From IMG/VR virus record IMGVR_UViG_3300031772_000049, positions 1 to 52,439 of that record: a stretch of DNA of 52,439 bases; one strand, 5' to 3'. Below the pieces are notes generated by a model, which was not told where the DNA came from, searched no databases, and saw only the letters and a program-made list of their open reading frames with translations. Position 1 is the stretch's first letter. Each line of letters opens with the position of its first letter. Shown here piece by piece: positions 28,880 through 38,941 of this stretch. This stretch comes from a virus. Taxonomy: Duplodnaviria > Caudoviricetes. The position numbers were made by a program, and so were the translations under genes.

Positions 28880-29815
28880 ATGCACAGGACAAGCGGCGAT
28901 AATAATGTAGCGGGAATGTTTACGGATGGGCCTCCGGGTACTACTATTGAAGAACGGTGGCTTAACTCGATGCAGGAGGAAATTGCAGCGGTCGTTGAAG
29001 ATGCGGGGTTGCAACTTAAAAATCCCGAGGATGATACAAATGATCAACTTTTATTAGCTATTCCTATTATCGCCGCCAGGTCTTCAACTAGCGTATTGGT
29101 ATGTACAAATAATCATACAATTACAAGTGCTGAAATTTTCCAAACATATCTTTGTAATACCACAGGGGGGTCAATAACAATCGTATGCCCAGATTTAGCC
29201 GCCAATGAAAATAGAAAATTTAAAGTACTACATGCGATTCAAGGCGGCAGTAATACAGTAACGGTAAATCGCGCAGGTGCAGACGTTATTACGGGGGATT
29301 CTTTAACGTCAATTGTACTCCCTAAACGGGATGACTATATTGATCTTATTGGCGGGGCCGCAGCTTGGTATATTACAGATGAAAAAATTTCAGCTCAATT
29401 ACGACTATCTGCAATGGCAGGAAATGGAAGCGTTGAAACTTATATTATGAGAATGACCAATGTTGTTGAAAATATCGCTAATAGTAGTATTTTTACTGAA
29501 AACCATACAACCGGATATGATGGAAATAAAGAGGGCTTAAAGTTTACTATCGTAAAAGGTGGCGTGTATTCTTTCGACCTTGTAACAGACGAATATAATA
29601 ATTATATAGGTTTTAGTTTAAATTCGGCGCAACTAACAACGTCGGTACGATCCATAACTCTTGCTGATTTATTGACGGAAAGTTACGACTCAAATTACGT
29701 GGATGCATGTTCCATAACCATACGTCTCAAAAAAAATGACGTTGTGCGATTACATGATTCCGCAAACGCGGCATCCGCAAGAGGAAAAGTTTCAATCACA
29801 TATCACGGGGCATAA
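28880..29815 (+). CDS. Tail fibre protein
   Basis: FTDG....T....WLNS.QEE....V..AG....QL..AI N-terminus typical of Mu-like fibres. Confidence 0.8.
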   Translation: MHRTSGDNNVAGMFTDGPPGTTIEERWLNSMQEEIAAVVEDAGLQLKNPEDDTNDQLLLAIPIIAARSSTSVLVCTNNHTITSAEIFQTYLCNTTGGSITIVCPDLAANENRKFKVLHAIQGGSNTVTVNRAGADVITGDSLTSIVLPKRDDYIDLIGGAAAWYITDEKISAQLRLSAMAGNGSVETYIMRMTNVVENIANSSIFTENHTTGYDGNKEGLKFTIVKGGVYSFDLVTDEYNNYIGFSLNSAQLTTSVRSITLADLLTESYDSNYVDACSITIRLKKNDVVRLHDSANAASARGKVSITYHGA

Positions 29816-29816
29816 C

Positions 29817-30239
29817 ATGAAAAAATATATTAAATTAGACGGCACCGACATAATAGATGTGTACTTTGAATATCAAAAGGAAAAATTTAATCCTTCAGAT
29901 ATTTTGTTGGAAGAAACGGAAATTATTGAACATAAACTTCGCGTAAAATTAAGCGACCCATGGGAAAGTATTTCGGACGAATACGGGAACTGGATATTCA
30001 GGTGGGTAAATAATGCGGTTCATATACAAAATACAGATGCAAAAATTTTAATTAAATATAAAAAACAAAAAGTTGCACAATTGAAAGAAGTAATAAAAGA
30101 AAATCTATTCGAGGTCACACGCACATTGGACCAAATAAGAACACAATTTGGTAATGTGAAAACATCCTCTACTTCATGGACAACTATATCCGAAGTAGAT
30201 GTGGCATATAATCAATTTATAACATGGTTAGGGATTTAA
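29817..30239 (+). CDS. Putative tail fibre assembly protein
   Basis: Position after the fibre gene. Confidence 0.45.
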   Translation: MKKYIKLDGTDIIDVYFEYQKEKFNPSDILLEETEIIEHKLRVKLSDPWESISDEYGNWIFRWVNNAVHIQNTDAKILIKYKKQKVAQLKEVIKENLFEVTRTLDQIRTQFGNVKTSSTSWTTISEVDVAYNQFITWLGI

Positions 30240-32896
30240 TTGAAGTATTGAATATACTTTGTTTTAAATTTTATCGCGTCTCTGTCCATGTTTAAGTTCT
30301 GCATAGTATTAAATACTTTTCCATAAATCGTTATGTCGTAGGGAAATTTTTCCAGGTATTGATTGTACGCATCCAGTGCGAATTTATAATTCTCAAGGCT
30401 TACATACAAATCCCCGATACTTATAAAAAAGAAATCATAATCTTTTGAGTTTTGCATCACATCTATAATTAAAACCAGACCTTCCTGAATTTTATCCTTT
30501 ATATTTATGAGTGCCAGCCCCTTTTCAAATTTGAACTTTATAACGTCAGGGTGAGTGTCAATTAAGTTGTCATATAATTTGACCGCATCGGGGTATAAAT
30601 TGAGCATACATTTCGTCGTCGCAAGGCCCCACAGGGCGTCTATTTTGTCAGGGTATAGCCTGTTTGCTTGCTCAAGGCTTTCCATGGCCGATATAAAGTC
30701 TTTTTTTTGTCCGGATTCAAGGGCATTATCCATCCACTCATTATACGCTAATAGTTTTTCGTTCTCTTCCCAGTTATAATTCTTATGTGCTTCAAAAATC
30801 TCTTTTTCTTTCATCAGTATAAATCTTCTTATCATAGGTATGGGGATATCTGTATTTTGAGGGGTATATGTCATAAAATCATTGGGGTTTTTTCTTAATT
30901 CCAATAAAGGCCTTGACCAATTACCCTTGGCATAAAAATCGTCAATCATATTAAAGTCAAATGGCTTTTCATTATGCTTGATCAAGAGCTCATTATAATA
31001 ACCCGCGTGCGCATAGTCATCGATGACTGCCAGTGATTCGTTGTACAATGGCAATAATTCTTTTGATGCTTTATTGGCTGATTTTAAAATAATCTCGTTT
31101 CGTTCGATACGGGTTAATAAATCCTCTTCATCTTTTAATAGATGTTTTACTTTTCCATTGACCTTTAAATTACTTGATTGAATTTGACGGGATTCTGCAA
31201 ATATAGACATGGCAATCAATTGATTTTTCTTCGCAATCTCTTCTGCCTCTTTTGATAGACGTTCATTATCCGCAAGTATTTTTTTGAGTCCCACTTTATC
31301 CTTTATATGTTCACGCAATTGGTCGCAAGTTTCAAGTGCTTGTTTTGATACGTCAATCATGGATTCTATATTTTTAATATCTTCTTTTAAGCATTCCATA
31401 GCAATATCGCAGTGTGTTTTTATGTCTGGTGGTGTGATTAAAACTACCTTGTTTATGGGTTCGAGGCATCGTGTATTAAGATACGTATGTAGGGATAACT
31501 TTTTAAATCCCTTTATGTTTGCGCCGCCCTCGGTGCAATTAAAAAGTTTATCCTGCATACCCTTGGCAATTGCCTCAAACGACGAAATAAAAGCCGCCAA
31601 TCCTATATTGGTAAGTACTTGCCCACCGAAGTATCCAGGCACCCGATGCTCAGGACCCATGCCATGCCGTGCGCCTTTTAAATGGCTGGAAGGGTCTGTC
31701 ACTTCCCACAATATTTGCCCGTCTTCCACGAACACTTTTCCGCTTGCATCTGCGCCGGAATAATGGGATAAAGAGTCCGTCAGGGCCAAGTCTTGCCCAA
31801 TGATTGCTATGGGAGCGCAGCCGAGGTGGTTGGCGAATGCGAGGGCCATGTGCGATACACTCCCCCCTTGATCAAGATTACCTTTTGAGCTTAACAGGGT
31901 ATTTAATTTTGTATCGGTTGCCGTTTCAGATGCGACGATTATCTTAGGCCCGTGGTACTCTTGCAGGATGGGCGCATATGATCGATTAAGAGCCACCAAT
32001 GGAACGTCAGAATCCATAAGGCCCTCGAAGTGTTCATAGTTTGTTTTACCATAATCGACCGTACAGATAAAATCAGGCCGTATGTCATATGATAAAAGGA
32101 TGCGGAGTGCCTGGGCGACCGCGATGATCACCACGTCATTTCTTTTTTCTTGTAATAAAAAGAGATTCTTTTTTAGAGATGGTCCTGTATTTATTATGAT
32201 GGCAGGCTTGTTTTTAAAATAGTCTTTATAATCAGCCACCCCTGGGCAGGGTAGTACGTAAGGTAAATTTTCAATATCATTGCGGGCGATAGTAGCACCT
32301 GCGGCCATAATAGTTCCTGTATTACATTTTAAATTATTTATATAAGAATATGCTTCAACCATTAACGGCTCATAAACCAAAGGCTTGTCAATTGCGTATT
32401 TTTCCACCATAACAAACCAATCTTGAATGACTGCAATCTGTTCGATGACCGCCATATACATTTTTAATGAGTCCGCAGATCGACAAATGACAAGTGTCCC
32501 ATTATCAAACCACTTAGAAAAATCGTAAATTTGCAGGGCAGACCAGATTAAAAATAAATCTGGTTCAATCACTATTATATTGTGTTGCTTGTCTTTTTTG
32601 ATTATAAACTCATGGCACGTATGACCGAGTCCCAGGCCGACCATGATTGTGGAGGTATCGAAACGTAATTTAAAATCTTTGGCGATATCCCGCATGGCCC
32701 GACGAGGATTTTTTATGTCATACGCATGGCAGGTCATCGATGAATTTTTGTATGTGATGTTTTTTATCCCTTGCCCTACAATTGTATAATCTTTACTTTC
32801 ACCATTAAAGGCCTTTAGGTTAACAGCAAGCTCCGGAAAGTATTTTTCTATGGGTTTAAGGTTGGCATTAAAAATTTTCTTTGCTTCACGTTTCAT
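30236..32896 (-). CDS. maf: Maf-family (DUF115/MAF_flag10) nonulosonate glycosyltransferase with C-terminal TPRs
   Basis: GLGLG, TGPSL.KN, I.PDF...VD, GGSV.H.A...A..LGC.PI..IGQDLA, NCTEGGA.I.G; helical TPR-like tail. Confidence 0.85.
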   Translation of the reverse strand: MKREAKKIFNANLKPIEKYFPELAVNLKAFNGESKDYTIVGQGIKNITYKNSSMTCHAYDIKNPRRAMRDIAKDFKLRFDTSTIMVGLGLGHTCHEFIIKKDKQHNIIVIEPDLFLIWSALQIYDFSKWFDNGTLVICRSADSLKMYMAVIEQIAVIQDWFVMVEKYAIDKPLVYEPLMVEAYSYINNLKCNTGTIMAAGATIARNDIENLPYVLPCPGVADYKDYFKNKPAIIINTGPSLKKNLFLLQEKRNDVVIIAVAQALRILLSYDIRPDFICTVDYGKTNYEHFEGLMDSDVPLVALNRSYAPILQEYHGPKIIVASETATDTKLNTLLSSKGNLDQGGSVSHMALAFANHLGCAPIAIIGQDLALTDSLSHYSGADASGKVFVEDGQILWEVTDPSSHLKGARHGMGPEHRVPGYFGGQVLTNIGLAAFISSFEAIAKGMQDKLFNCTEGGANIKGFKKLSLHTYLNTRCLEPINKVVLITPPDIKTHCDIAMECLKEDIKNIESMIDVSKQALETCDQLREHIKDKVGLKKILADNERLSKEAEEIAKKNQLIAMSIFAESRQIQSSNLKVNGKVKHLLKDEEDLLTRIERNEIILKSANKASKELLPLYNESLAVIDDYAHAGYYNELLIKHNEKPFDFNMIDDFYAKGNWSRPLLELRKNPNDFMTYTPQNTDIPIPMIRRFILMKEKEIFEAHKNYNWEENEKLLAYNEWMDNALESGQKKDFISAMESLEQANRLYPDKIDALWGLATTKCMLNLYPDAVKLYDNLIDTHPDVIKFKFEKGLALINIKDKIQEGLVLIIDVMQNSKDYDFFFISIGDLYVSLENYKFALDAYNQYLEKFPYDITIYGKVFNTMQNLNMDRDAIKFKTKYIQYFN

Positions 32897-33081
32897 TTTT
32901 TCGCCTTTGATATCTTTTTTATAATCTTTGATATATCTTGATCATTGATTATTATTTCACGTAAAATCTTTTTTGTATGCTCCGGGTTCGCCCTCATGGC
33001 TACCCTGACAATATCCATCCACAGTGAATTATTTTTAGTTCGTATTTCTTGTACATTATCTATTGATTTTTCGATATCCAT
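32893..33081 (-). CDS. Small hypothetical protein
   Basis: ORF overlapping both neighbours in the operon. Confidence 0.5.
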   Translation of the reverse strand: MDIEKSIDNVQEIRTKNNSLWMDIVRVAMRANPEHTKKILREIIINDQDISKIIKKISKAKK

Positions 33082-33629
33082 TCCGACCTCAATATGCCAT
33101 AATGATAAATGTCGACATGGTTGCCATCAAGATACATCCCCTCACGGGAGCACCCTTCTTTAGTCATCCCCATGCGCTCGGCCACACGTTGCATCCCTAG
33201 ATTAACCGCAGCGGTGCCAGTCCATATACGGTTTAATCCGAGTCTTTTAAATCCGTGTTGCAATACAAATTGGGCTGTCTCGCTTGCATAGCCCTTGCCC
33301 CAATAGGCTTTCTCACCGATAACAATAGCGTATTCCCCTGAACGGTGTATGAAGTTAATTGATTGTAAACTTGTATTTCCGATGTGATGCAGTTTTCCCG
33401 TGTCAACGCCATTCGGGTCACGTCGGGCCATGATTGCCCATACAATATTGTTTCTTCCAATAGAATTAAAAAAGTTTTCAAGCTCTTTTTCACTTTGAGG
33501 AAAAAGACCATGGCTATTAAACTTTGTCACTTCAGTATCCGCCCACCAAAATCTATATGTCGATTGCGGTTGGTCGGCTATCATGCGGCTGAAAGGCAGC
33601 ATTATAAAATTATCATTTTCATAAATCAT
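33060..33629 (-). CDS. GNAT (RimJ/RimL-type) N-acetyltransferase, PseH-like
   Basis: HIGN..L, IGEK.YWGKGYA, N.GM..V....GM..EG..R. Confidence 0.85.
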   Translation of the reverse strand: MIYENDNFIMLPFSRMIADQPQSTYRFWWADTEVTKFNSHGLFPQSEKELENFFNSIGRNNIVWAIMARRDPNGVDTGKLHHIGNTSLQSINFIHRSGEYAIVIGEKAYWGKGYASETAQFVLQHGFKRLGLNRIWTGTAAVNLGMQRVAERMGMTKEGCSREGMYLDGNHVDIYHYGILRSEWISKNQ

Positions 33630-33849
33630 TAAAATCACCTATCATTTTTACTTGCGCTTTTTTACATCGCTTGCGCATTTCGATGACATCCACTTTTAAA
33701 AGTTCTCGTTTTTCATAAACTACATTTGAGGTAAATTGAGTTTTTATATTTACGTAATAATTATTACATTCTGATAAATCACTAAAAATATATTTTAATG
33801 TCCCATCGACATGAAGTAGATGCAACTCAATCATATAAACCCCCCTCAA
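33619..33849 (-). CDS. Hypothetical protein
   Basis: ORF track; lies in the operon. Confidence 0.4.
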   Translation of the reverse strand: MRGVYMIELHLLHVDGTLKYIFSDLSECNNYYVNIKTQFTSNVVYEKRELLKVDVIEMRKRCKKAQVKMIGDFNDL

Positions 33850-34795
33850 GCATGGTGCGCAATTGTTCTTTACTCAATAATAAATCGTTATTCAACGAGG
33901 TATACATAAACCTATTTTGATGTATTTCCGCATCGGTGGGTCTAATAATATATCGATTGTCATTGCGCAGGGTGTGGGTTGACTCCTCTTCAGCTATTAA
34001 GCATTCGTGGAGCTTTTCACCTTGACGAATACCAATAAATTTTTGTTCACACTCAGGGGCGATGACATCGGCAAGATCGGTAATTTTCATAGAGGGCATG
34101 CGAGGGATAAATATTTCAGCGCCGATTGTTTCCTGTGCGGACTGAATTATAAATTCCGCCACGTCATGAAGTTTAATCCAGAATCGGGTCATGTCTGGGT
34201 GGGTAATAGTAATGATCCCGGATTCGCGTTGCTTTTTAAATAAGGGTATAATTGATCCCCGCGAACCCAGGACATTCCCGTACCGACAACATGAAAATCG
34301 GGTCATATAATGACTTGAGTACACATTACCGTGAATAAGATATTTTTCAACGACCGTTTTAGTCGCCCCGTAAATATTGACCGGGTAAACCGCCTTGTCT
34401 GTTGAAACGTGCATGACCAGTGACACGCGGTTATCAATAGCCGCATTTAAAAGGTTAATAGCCCCCATGATATTGGTTTTAATTGGCTCTTCGGGATTGT
34501 ATTCACATGCAGGAACTTGCTTCATGGCGGCGCAGTTGAACACGAGGTTGACGCCCGCCAGGGCGCGATTAAGTCTTTTTTCGTCCCGAACATCTCCGAT
34601 CAAAAATGATACATTACGGTCAAGACCCTCGGCTTGCAATTCTTGCTTCATTTCCCACTGCTTTAATTCGTCGCGGGAATAAATGCGAATGCCACGGGGG
34701 TTGTATGTGCGTTTTAATAGTTTTGTGAGGGTGCGGCCGAGACTGCCAGTTCCGCCGGTTATTAAGACCTCCGCATCCGATAGATTAAAATTCAT
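33827..34795 (-). CDS. pseB: UDP-GlcNAc 4,6-dehydratase (PseB/FlaA1 family)
   Basis: TGGTGS.G, YSRDELKQ, AA.KQVPACEYNP, STDKA..P.N.YGATK, RYGNV.GSRGS. Confidence 0.9.
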   Translation of the reverse strand: MNFNLSDAEVLITGGTGSLGRTLTKLLKRTYNPRGIRIYSRDELKQWEMKQELQAEGLDRNVSFLIGDVRDEKRLNRALAGVNLVFNCAAMKQVPACEYNPEEPIKTNIMGAINLLNAAIDNRVSLVMHVSTDKAVYPVNIYGATKTVVEKYLIHGNVYSSHYMTRFSCCRYGNVLGSRGSIIPLFKKQRESGIITITHPDMTRFWIKLHDVAEFIIQSAQETIGAEIFIPRMPSMKITDLADVIAPECEQKFIGIRQGEKLHECLIAEEESTHTLRNDNRYIIRPTDAEIHQNRFMYTSLNNDLLLSKEQLRTMLEGGLYD

Positions 34796-35626
34796 TTATT
34801 GCCTCGCTCGTTTTAATGGTCGCATACCGTCGTCAGGATCGGCGCGTTGATCGCGATCTTGCTCAGTAATCATTTTCATCGAGGGCCCCCGCGCAATCTT
34901 GCCGATATTTGTATTATGGATAACCTGTTTTATTTTGTCTGGGTTCCAACAGTGTCCATGCTTTGACTCGTACCCTTGCATGTCTGGAAGATCAATATGA
35001 AACTCTACATACTCTGCACCCTCAGCGATTGACTGATATATCACACCGTCCTCAACCGTGTGATCAGACCATCCAATTTTCGTACCTTCAAACTCACGTT
35101 TTAATAATTTGATTTTATATAGCTCGCAATTATGGTGTGATGCGGGGTAATCAGATCGACAATGGAAAAGAACTATATCGTCGTTGTCCTCTTCATTACA
35201 GGCGCCAATCGCCGCGTTTATTTCTTCCATGGTACTCATCCCGGTCGATATCAATACTTGTTTCCCCGTACGTGCGCACCTGCGTATGAGGTCAAGGCGC
35301 AATAGATCAAATGATGAAATTTTAAAGAAATCAATATGATGGGCCAACACCGGGACAGCCTTATCATAAAAAGGCGTGCATCCGAGCATTATTTTTTTAT
35401 CTTTACAGTACTCTTCTATGTCGGGTAAAAAACTTGGCGGTAATTCGCATTTATATAATTCTGCTTTTTTTTCAACAGGTGGGTTGTATAGTAATGTATC
35501 AAATGTAAACAGTTGAAACTTTACACCCCAGCATCCCGCGTCTTTTGCGGCATCGATCAATTTAAAAGTGCGCTTCAAGTCTTGATTGTGATTCGAACCG
35601 ATGTCAGCCACGTATCGTATGGTCAT
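34796..35626 (-). CDS. NeuB/PseI-family nonulosonate synthase (TIM barrel only)
   Basis: ADIGSNH, VKFQ, KI.S, STGM, HC.S.YP, GWSDHT; no C-terminal AFP-like domain. Confidence 0.9.
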   Translation of the reverse strand: MTIRYVADIGSNHNQDLKRTFKLIDAAKDAGCWGVKFQLFTFDTLLYNPPVEKKAELYKCELPPSFLPDIEEYCKDKKIMLGCTPFYDKAVPVLAHHIDFFKISSFDLLRLDLIRRCARTGKQVLISTGMSTMEEINAAIGACNEEDNDDIVLFHCRSDYPASHHNCELYKIKLLKREFEGTKIGWSDHTVEDGVIYQSIAEGAEYVEFHIDLPDMQGYESKHGHCWNPDKIKQVIHNTNIGKIARGPSMKMITEQDRDQRADPDDGMRPLKRARQ

Positions 35627-36903
35627 ATTTCCTCTATAAAGTTTTCAATTTTTTTAAATGCTTCAAATAGACTGTCGAGTGCGCGGTCGTCGTCCAGTAG
35701 ATGATAAAGTGACAAAAAGAATTTATCAAATTGTAGCGCCTCGCAATTCTCGCAAAAAACTTTGGTGTAATCCATACCTTTGATCGACCAATGTGACGCT
35801 TTCTGAAATATTGGCATTTTATAAAGTGGGGTGATATATCCCGCGCCAATCATAGGACGACCAGGTCGATTTTCTTCGCCCATCATTTCAGCCTTGATTG
35901 CATCGATGTATTTATTGCGTGGTACGCTCATACCGTTATAAAAAAATGGCTGCACATAGTAGGTGTGTACGGTATTTTTTCTTATCTCAGGTTGAGATAT
36001 GTACGGAAGCGCGTTTTCTACTTTCGCATAAAATTCATTTACTTTTTTTATAGTGCTAAATATAGTTGCCCTGAATTTTTGTAATTCATGATAGGCAATG
36101 ATTGCTTGTATCTCGGTCATGCGCATATTAAATCCGACCATACCAGACATTTTATTCTGCATAAATTCAGGCATACCATTTGCCACCGCCTCGGCATGGT
36201 TACGGATAAGGGCGCATTTTTGGCCAAGCTCTCCATCATTTGTGGTAATCATGCCCCCCTCGCCAGAGGTGATATGTTTTCCTTGCGTGAATGAAAAACA
36301 TCCAATATGGCCAATAGTGCCGGTCATTCGTTTTTTATCATCAACGGTATAATGAGCGCCAAGGGCTTGCGCGGCGTCCTCAATTAGATAAACACCATAT
36401 GAATCAGCAAGTTTACGTAATTCAATGTCTATTGGTTGCCCGAATAAATCGACTGCTATAATGGCCTTCGTTCTATGAGTAATTTTTCGTTCGACATCGT
36501 TAATATCAAGGCAGAACATATCTTTTTCTATATCTGCGAATACCGGGATGGCACCATAAATCATAGGCGCGGTCGCCGAGCAGGTCATTGACCACGGGGT
36601 GACAATTACCTCGTCACCCGGTTGCAGCCCTATGGCACCGCAGGCAATGTGTAATGCAGATGTACACGAGTTGACCGCCAAGGCGTGTTTACATCCGATA
36701 TACTCTTCAAATGTTTTTTCGAGCCTTTTGATCATAGGCCCTCCCCAAAATTCAGGTTGGAATGACCCGCGATAATGAGATAACACGCCAGAGGACAGCG
36801 TTTCTTCTATCTCGGCTTCAATAATATTAAGATCAAATTGGCATTGATTTTTAAAAGGACGTTCAACCAATTTCTTCCCGCCATTTATTGCCAGGTTCAT
36901 CAT
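35623..36903 (-). CDS. DegT/DnrJ/EryC1/StrS aminotransferase (PseC-like)
   Basis: NSCTSALH, IEDAAQA, FSF..GKHITSGEGG, GFNMRM. Confidence 0.92.
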   Translation of the reverse strand: MMNLAINGGKKLVERPFKNQCQFDLNIIEAEIEETLSSGVLSHYRGSFQPEFWGGPMIKRLEKTFEEYIGCKHALAVNSCTSALHIACGAIGLQPGDEVIVTPWSMTCSATAPMIYGAIPVFADIEKDMFCLDINDVERKITHRTKAIIAVDLFGQPIDIELRKLADSYGVYLIEDAAQALGAHYTVDDKKRMTGTIGHIGCFSFTQGKHITSGEGGMITTNDGELGQKCALIRNHAEAVANGMPEFMQNKMSGMVGFNMRMTEIQAIIAYHELQKFRATIFSTIKKVNEFYAKVENALPYISQPEIRKNTVHTYYVQPFFYNGMSVPRNKYIDAIKAEMMGEENRPGRPMIGAGYITPLYKMPIFQKASHWSIKGMDYTKVFCENCEALQFDKFFLSLYHLLDDDRALDSLFEAFKKIENFIEEI

Positions 36904-37892
36904 GCGCGACCTCGTATATGATTTATTATTTTATGCACTTGCAGGGCATCAGTACCCGTACAGTGCGGGACATCTTCACAATTTAAAAACGCTACCGCAT
37001 TATCCACTAATTCGGTCAATGTGTTGGCCAGGTTTGTGTCGATTGATACAAACGGGACTTGACATAGCCTGGAATACGACCCATACGTTCCGTCCTTTTC
37101 AAGATCATAAATTTCTATTTTTGCAAAGTTATTGAGTAACCTGATGCGACCGCCATTGATAATATCAAATTCAAACATTGAACAATAACGGCCATCAATT
37201 GCGGTCATGACAACATTCTTGCACCCTTCATAAATCAAATGATAAGAGTATGTCGGGTCGGTGTCATCAAGATCAATTATCGCTGGTCCTTCCAGTCGAT
37301 ATCCATCAATAAAAGAGCCAAAAATATAATTACAAAAATCAATAGCATGGCATCCATCGCGGTATAGCCCCCTATTATAAGCTATTCTGCATGAATATAT
37401 AGTTGCACCCTCGACCTCCCATAAGGCCCGTATGGTGCTTCTAATCGATCGTAGGTGGTGATTATACCGGCGGATGTAATCGACCATTAGTATTATATTG
37501 TTTTCATCGCAATAATCAATAATATCCTGGCACTCTTCTTGAGACAGACCCAGGGGTTTTTCGGCAATTATAATCTCCGGGCAATACCCTAATTCCTTTT
37601 TAATTCCGGTAATAACTTTAAAATGGTCCTCGGTATTTACGCACACCGCGATAATATTTATTTTTTCGCGAATATCCGATAAACTGAAGTGCATGTGGCA
37701 ATCCCATTTAGTACACGCATCGACCATTTTATTATGATCAAGATCAATGAGCCCGACTAAATTTATTCGATCATTGCGATAGAAAGCATTTGCGAACGTG
37801 AGCACATTTTTTGATGCTTGACTATCAAGTTCAATAGGTTTAAGCGCACCGATTGATCCGCAACCAATCACCACCGCGTTGTATTTTTTCAT
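36900..37892 (-). CDS. Gfo/Idh/MocA family oxidoreductase
   Basis: IGCGSIG, EKP, YIRRY, GCHAID. Confidence 0.88.
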   Translation of the reverse strand: MKKYNAVVIGCGSIGALKPIELDSQASKNVLTFANAFYRNDRINLVGLIDLDHNKMVDACTKWDCHMHFSLSDIREKINIIAVCVNTEDHFKVITGIKKELGYCPEIIIAEKPLGLSQEECQDIIDYCDENNIILMVDYIRRYNHHLRSIRSTIRALWEVEGATIYSCRIAYNRGLYRDGCHAIDFCNYIFGSFIDGYRLEGPAIIDLDDTDPTYSYHLIYEGCKNVVMTAIDGRYCSMFEFDIINGGRIRLLNNFAKIEIYDLEKDGTYGSYSRLCQVPFVSIDTNLANTLTELVDNAVAFLNCEDVPHCTGTDALQVHKIINHIRGRA

Positions 37893-38662
37893 CCCTTCCC
37901 CGGCTCCTTACGTACCACATGGGCATTGTGTTTTAATATGTCGCCCGTTTTAATGTATTCAATAATTGTTTCGGCGTTCATAGTTTCGGGATGGTCGGCA
38001 AAGTGTTCTACTATTTTTTTAATAACAATCAGGTCGGCGGGTTCATCGAGCGTCAGGCCCCATTGTGGGAATCGGTATTTATGCCCGGCGGTGATATTAT
38101 ACGTGGTAAGTATTTTATTTATATTAAATTCTATCTGGTCGCGATAGTGCAGGATATTCCATCCGACATGCGAATAGTGATTATTATCATCAATAGCATG
38201 TTTCGCATCTTTTAATAAATCCTTATGGTATACCTGCACATCGAATCCGTCAGGCCAGGTACGTGGTGAGATATTGCTTGCATAGTCGTACCCATTATCT
38301 TTTACCTGATAAATAAGACCCTTGACGTGTGATAAATCAACCAAGGGACAGTCTGCGGTAATGTCCACGATGATATCAATTTTATTTTCCTTGGCGGCAT
38401 CGAGCACGCGACATATGACGTTATTTTCATCACCCCTGAAAACGGTATAACCTTTTTCAATAAGCATTGAATAAAGTTTGTGCTCAGTTTGATTTTTGGG
38501 GATTGCTATTATGATTGTATCAATTTCTTTTAAAGTGGAAAGGCGTTCGAGTAAAAATTCTAAGACGGTTCGTTCGTCTATTTTTTCAAGTACCTTGCCC
38601 GGATACCTGGTTGACCCGATGCGCGCCTGGATAATCGCACCCACTTTAATCTTCATAGTCAA
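37889..38662 (-). CDS. SpsF/PseF-like cytidylyltransferase
   Basis: IIQAR.GSTR.PGKVL, G.E.NV..R, ITADCPL.D, LTLD...D. Confidence 0.9.
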   Translation of the reverse strand: MTMKIKVGAIIQARIGSTRYPGKVLEKIDERTVLEFLLERLSTLKEIDTIIIAIPKNQTEHKLYSMLIEKGYTVFRGDENNVICRVLDAAKENKIDIIVDITADCPLVDLSHVKGLIYQVKDNGYDYASNISPRTWPDGFDVQVYHKDLLKDAKHAIDDNNHYSHVGWNILHYRDQIEFNINKILTTYNITAGHKYRFPQWGLTLDEPADLIVIKKIVEHFADHPETMNAETIIEYIKTGDILKHNAHVVRKEPGKG

Positions 38663-38834
38663 TCCCCCGCAATACCTTTTCTAATTTTTCCTGATTTATA
38701 CGATATCGACCGGCGACCTTTTTCCCCAAACCATATTTTTTTATCCACATGATGAGCCCGGTATTGGTTATGGGCTCATGGGTGCGGGCAATCAATTCAC
38801 GTGCTTCATTTGTGGTAATGTACTTAGGCGACAT
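38646..38834 (-). CDS. Excisionase/MerR-like HTH protein heading the sugar operon
   Basis: YIT..EA......T...L..WI......KVAGRYRI. Confidence 0.65.
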   Translation of the reverse strand: MSPKYITTNEARELIARTHEPITNTGLIMWIKKYGLGKKVAGRYRINQEKLEKVLRGIDYED

Positions 38835-38941
38835 AATCAATATATAGAACAAATAGAACAAAGTAAGTCAAGCACAAAAAAATACTTGCATAATTATTTT
38901 TAATATGCTTTAATATCAAAAATAAAAAAGGTGAGGGAAAT

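Noticed and set aside
20398-38937. Further GGTGAGGG occurrences (about 20398, 21162, 38930) as extra scaffold copies
   Set aside because: They lack the AGCCG-TTCTC-CGGCT hairpin and the CTCACC partner; explained by coding sequence or an RBS
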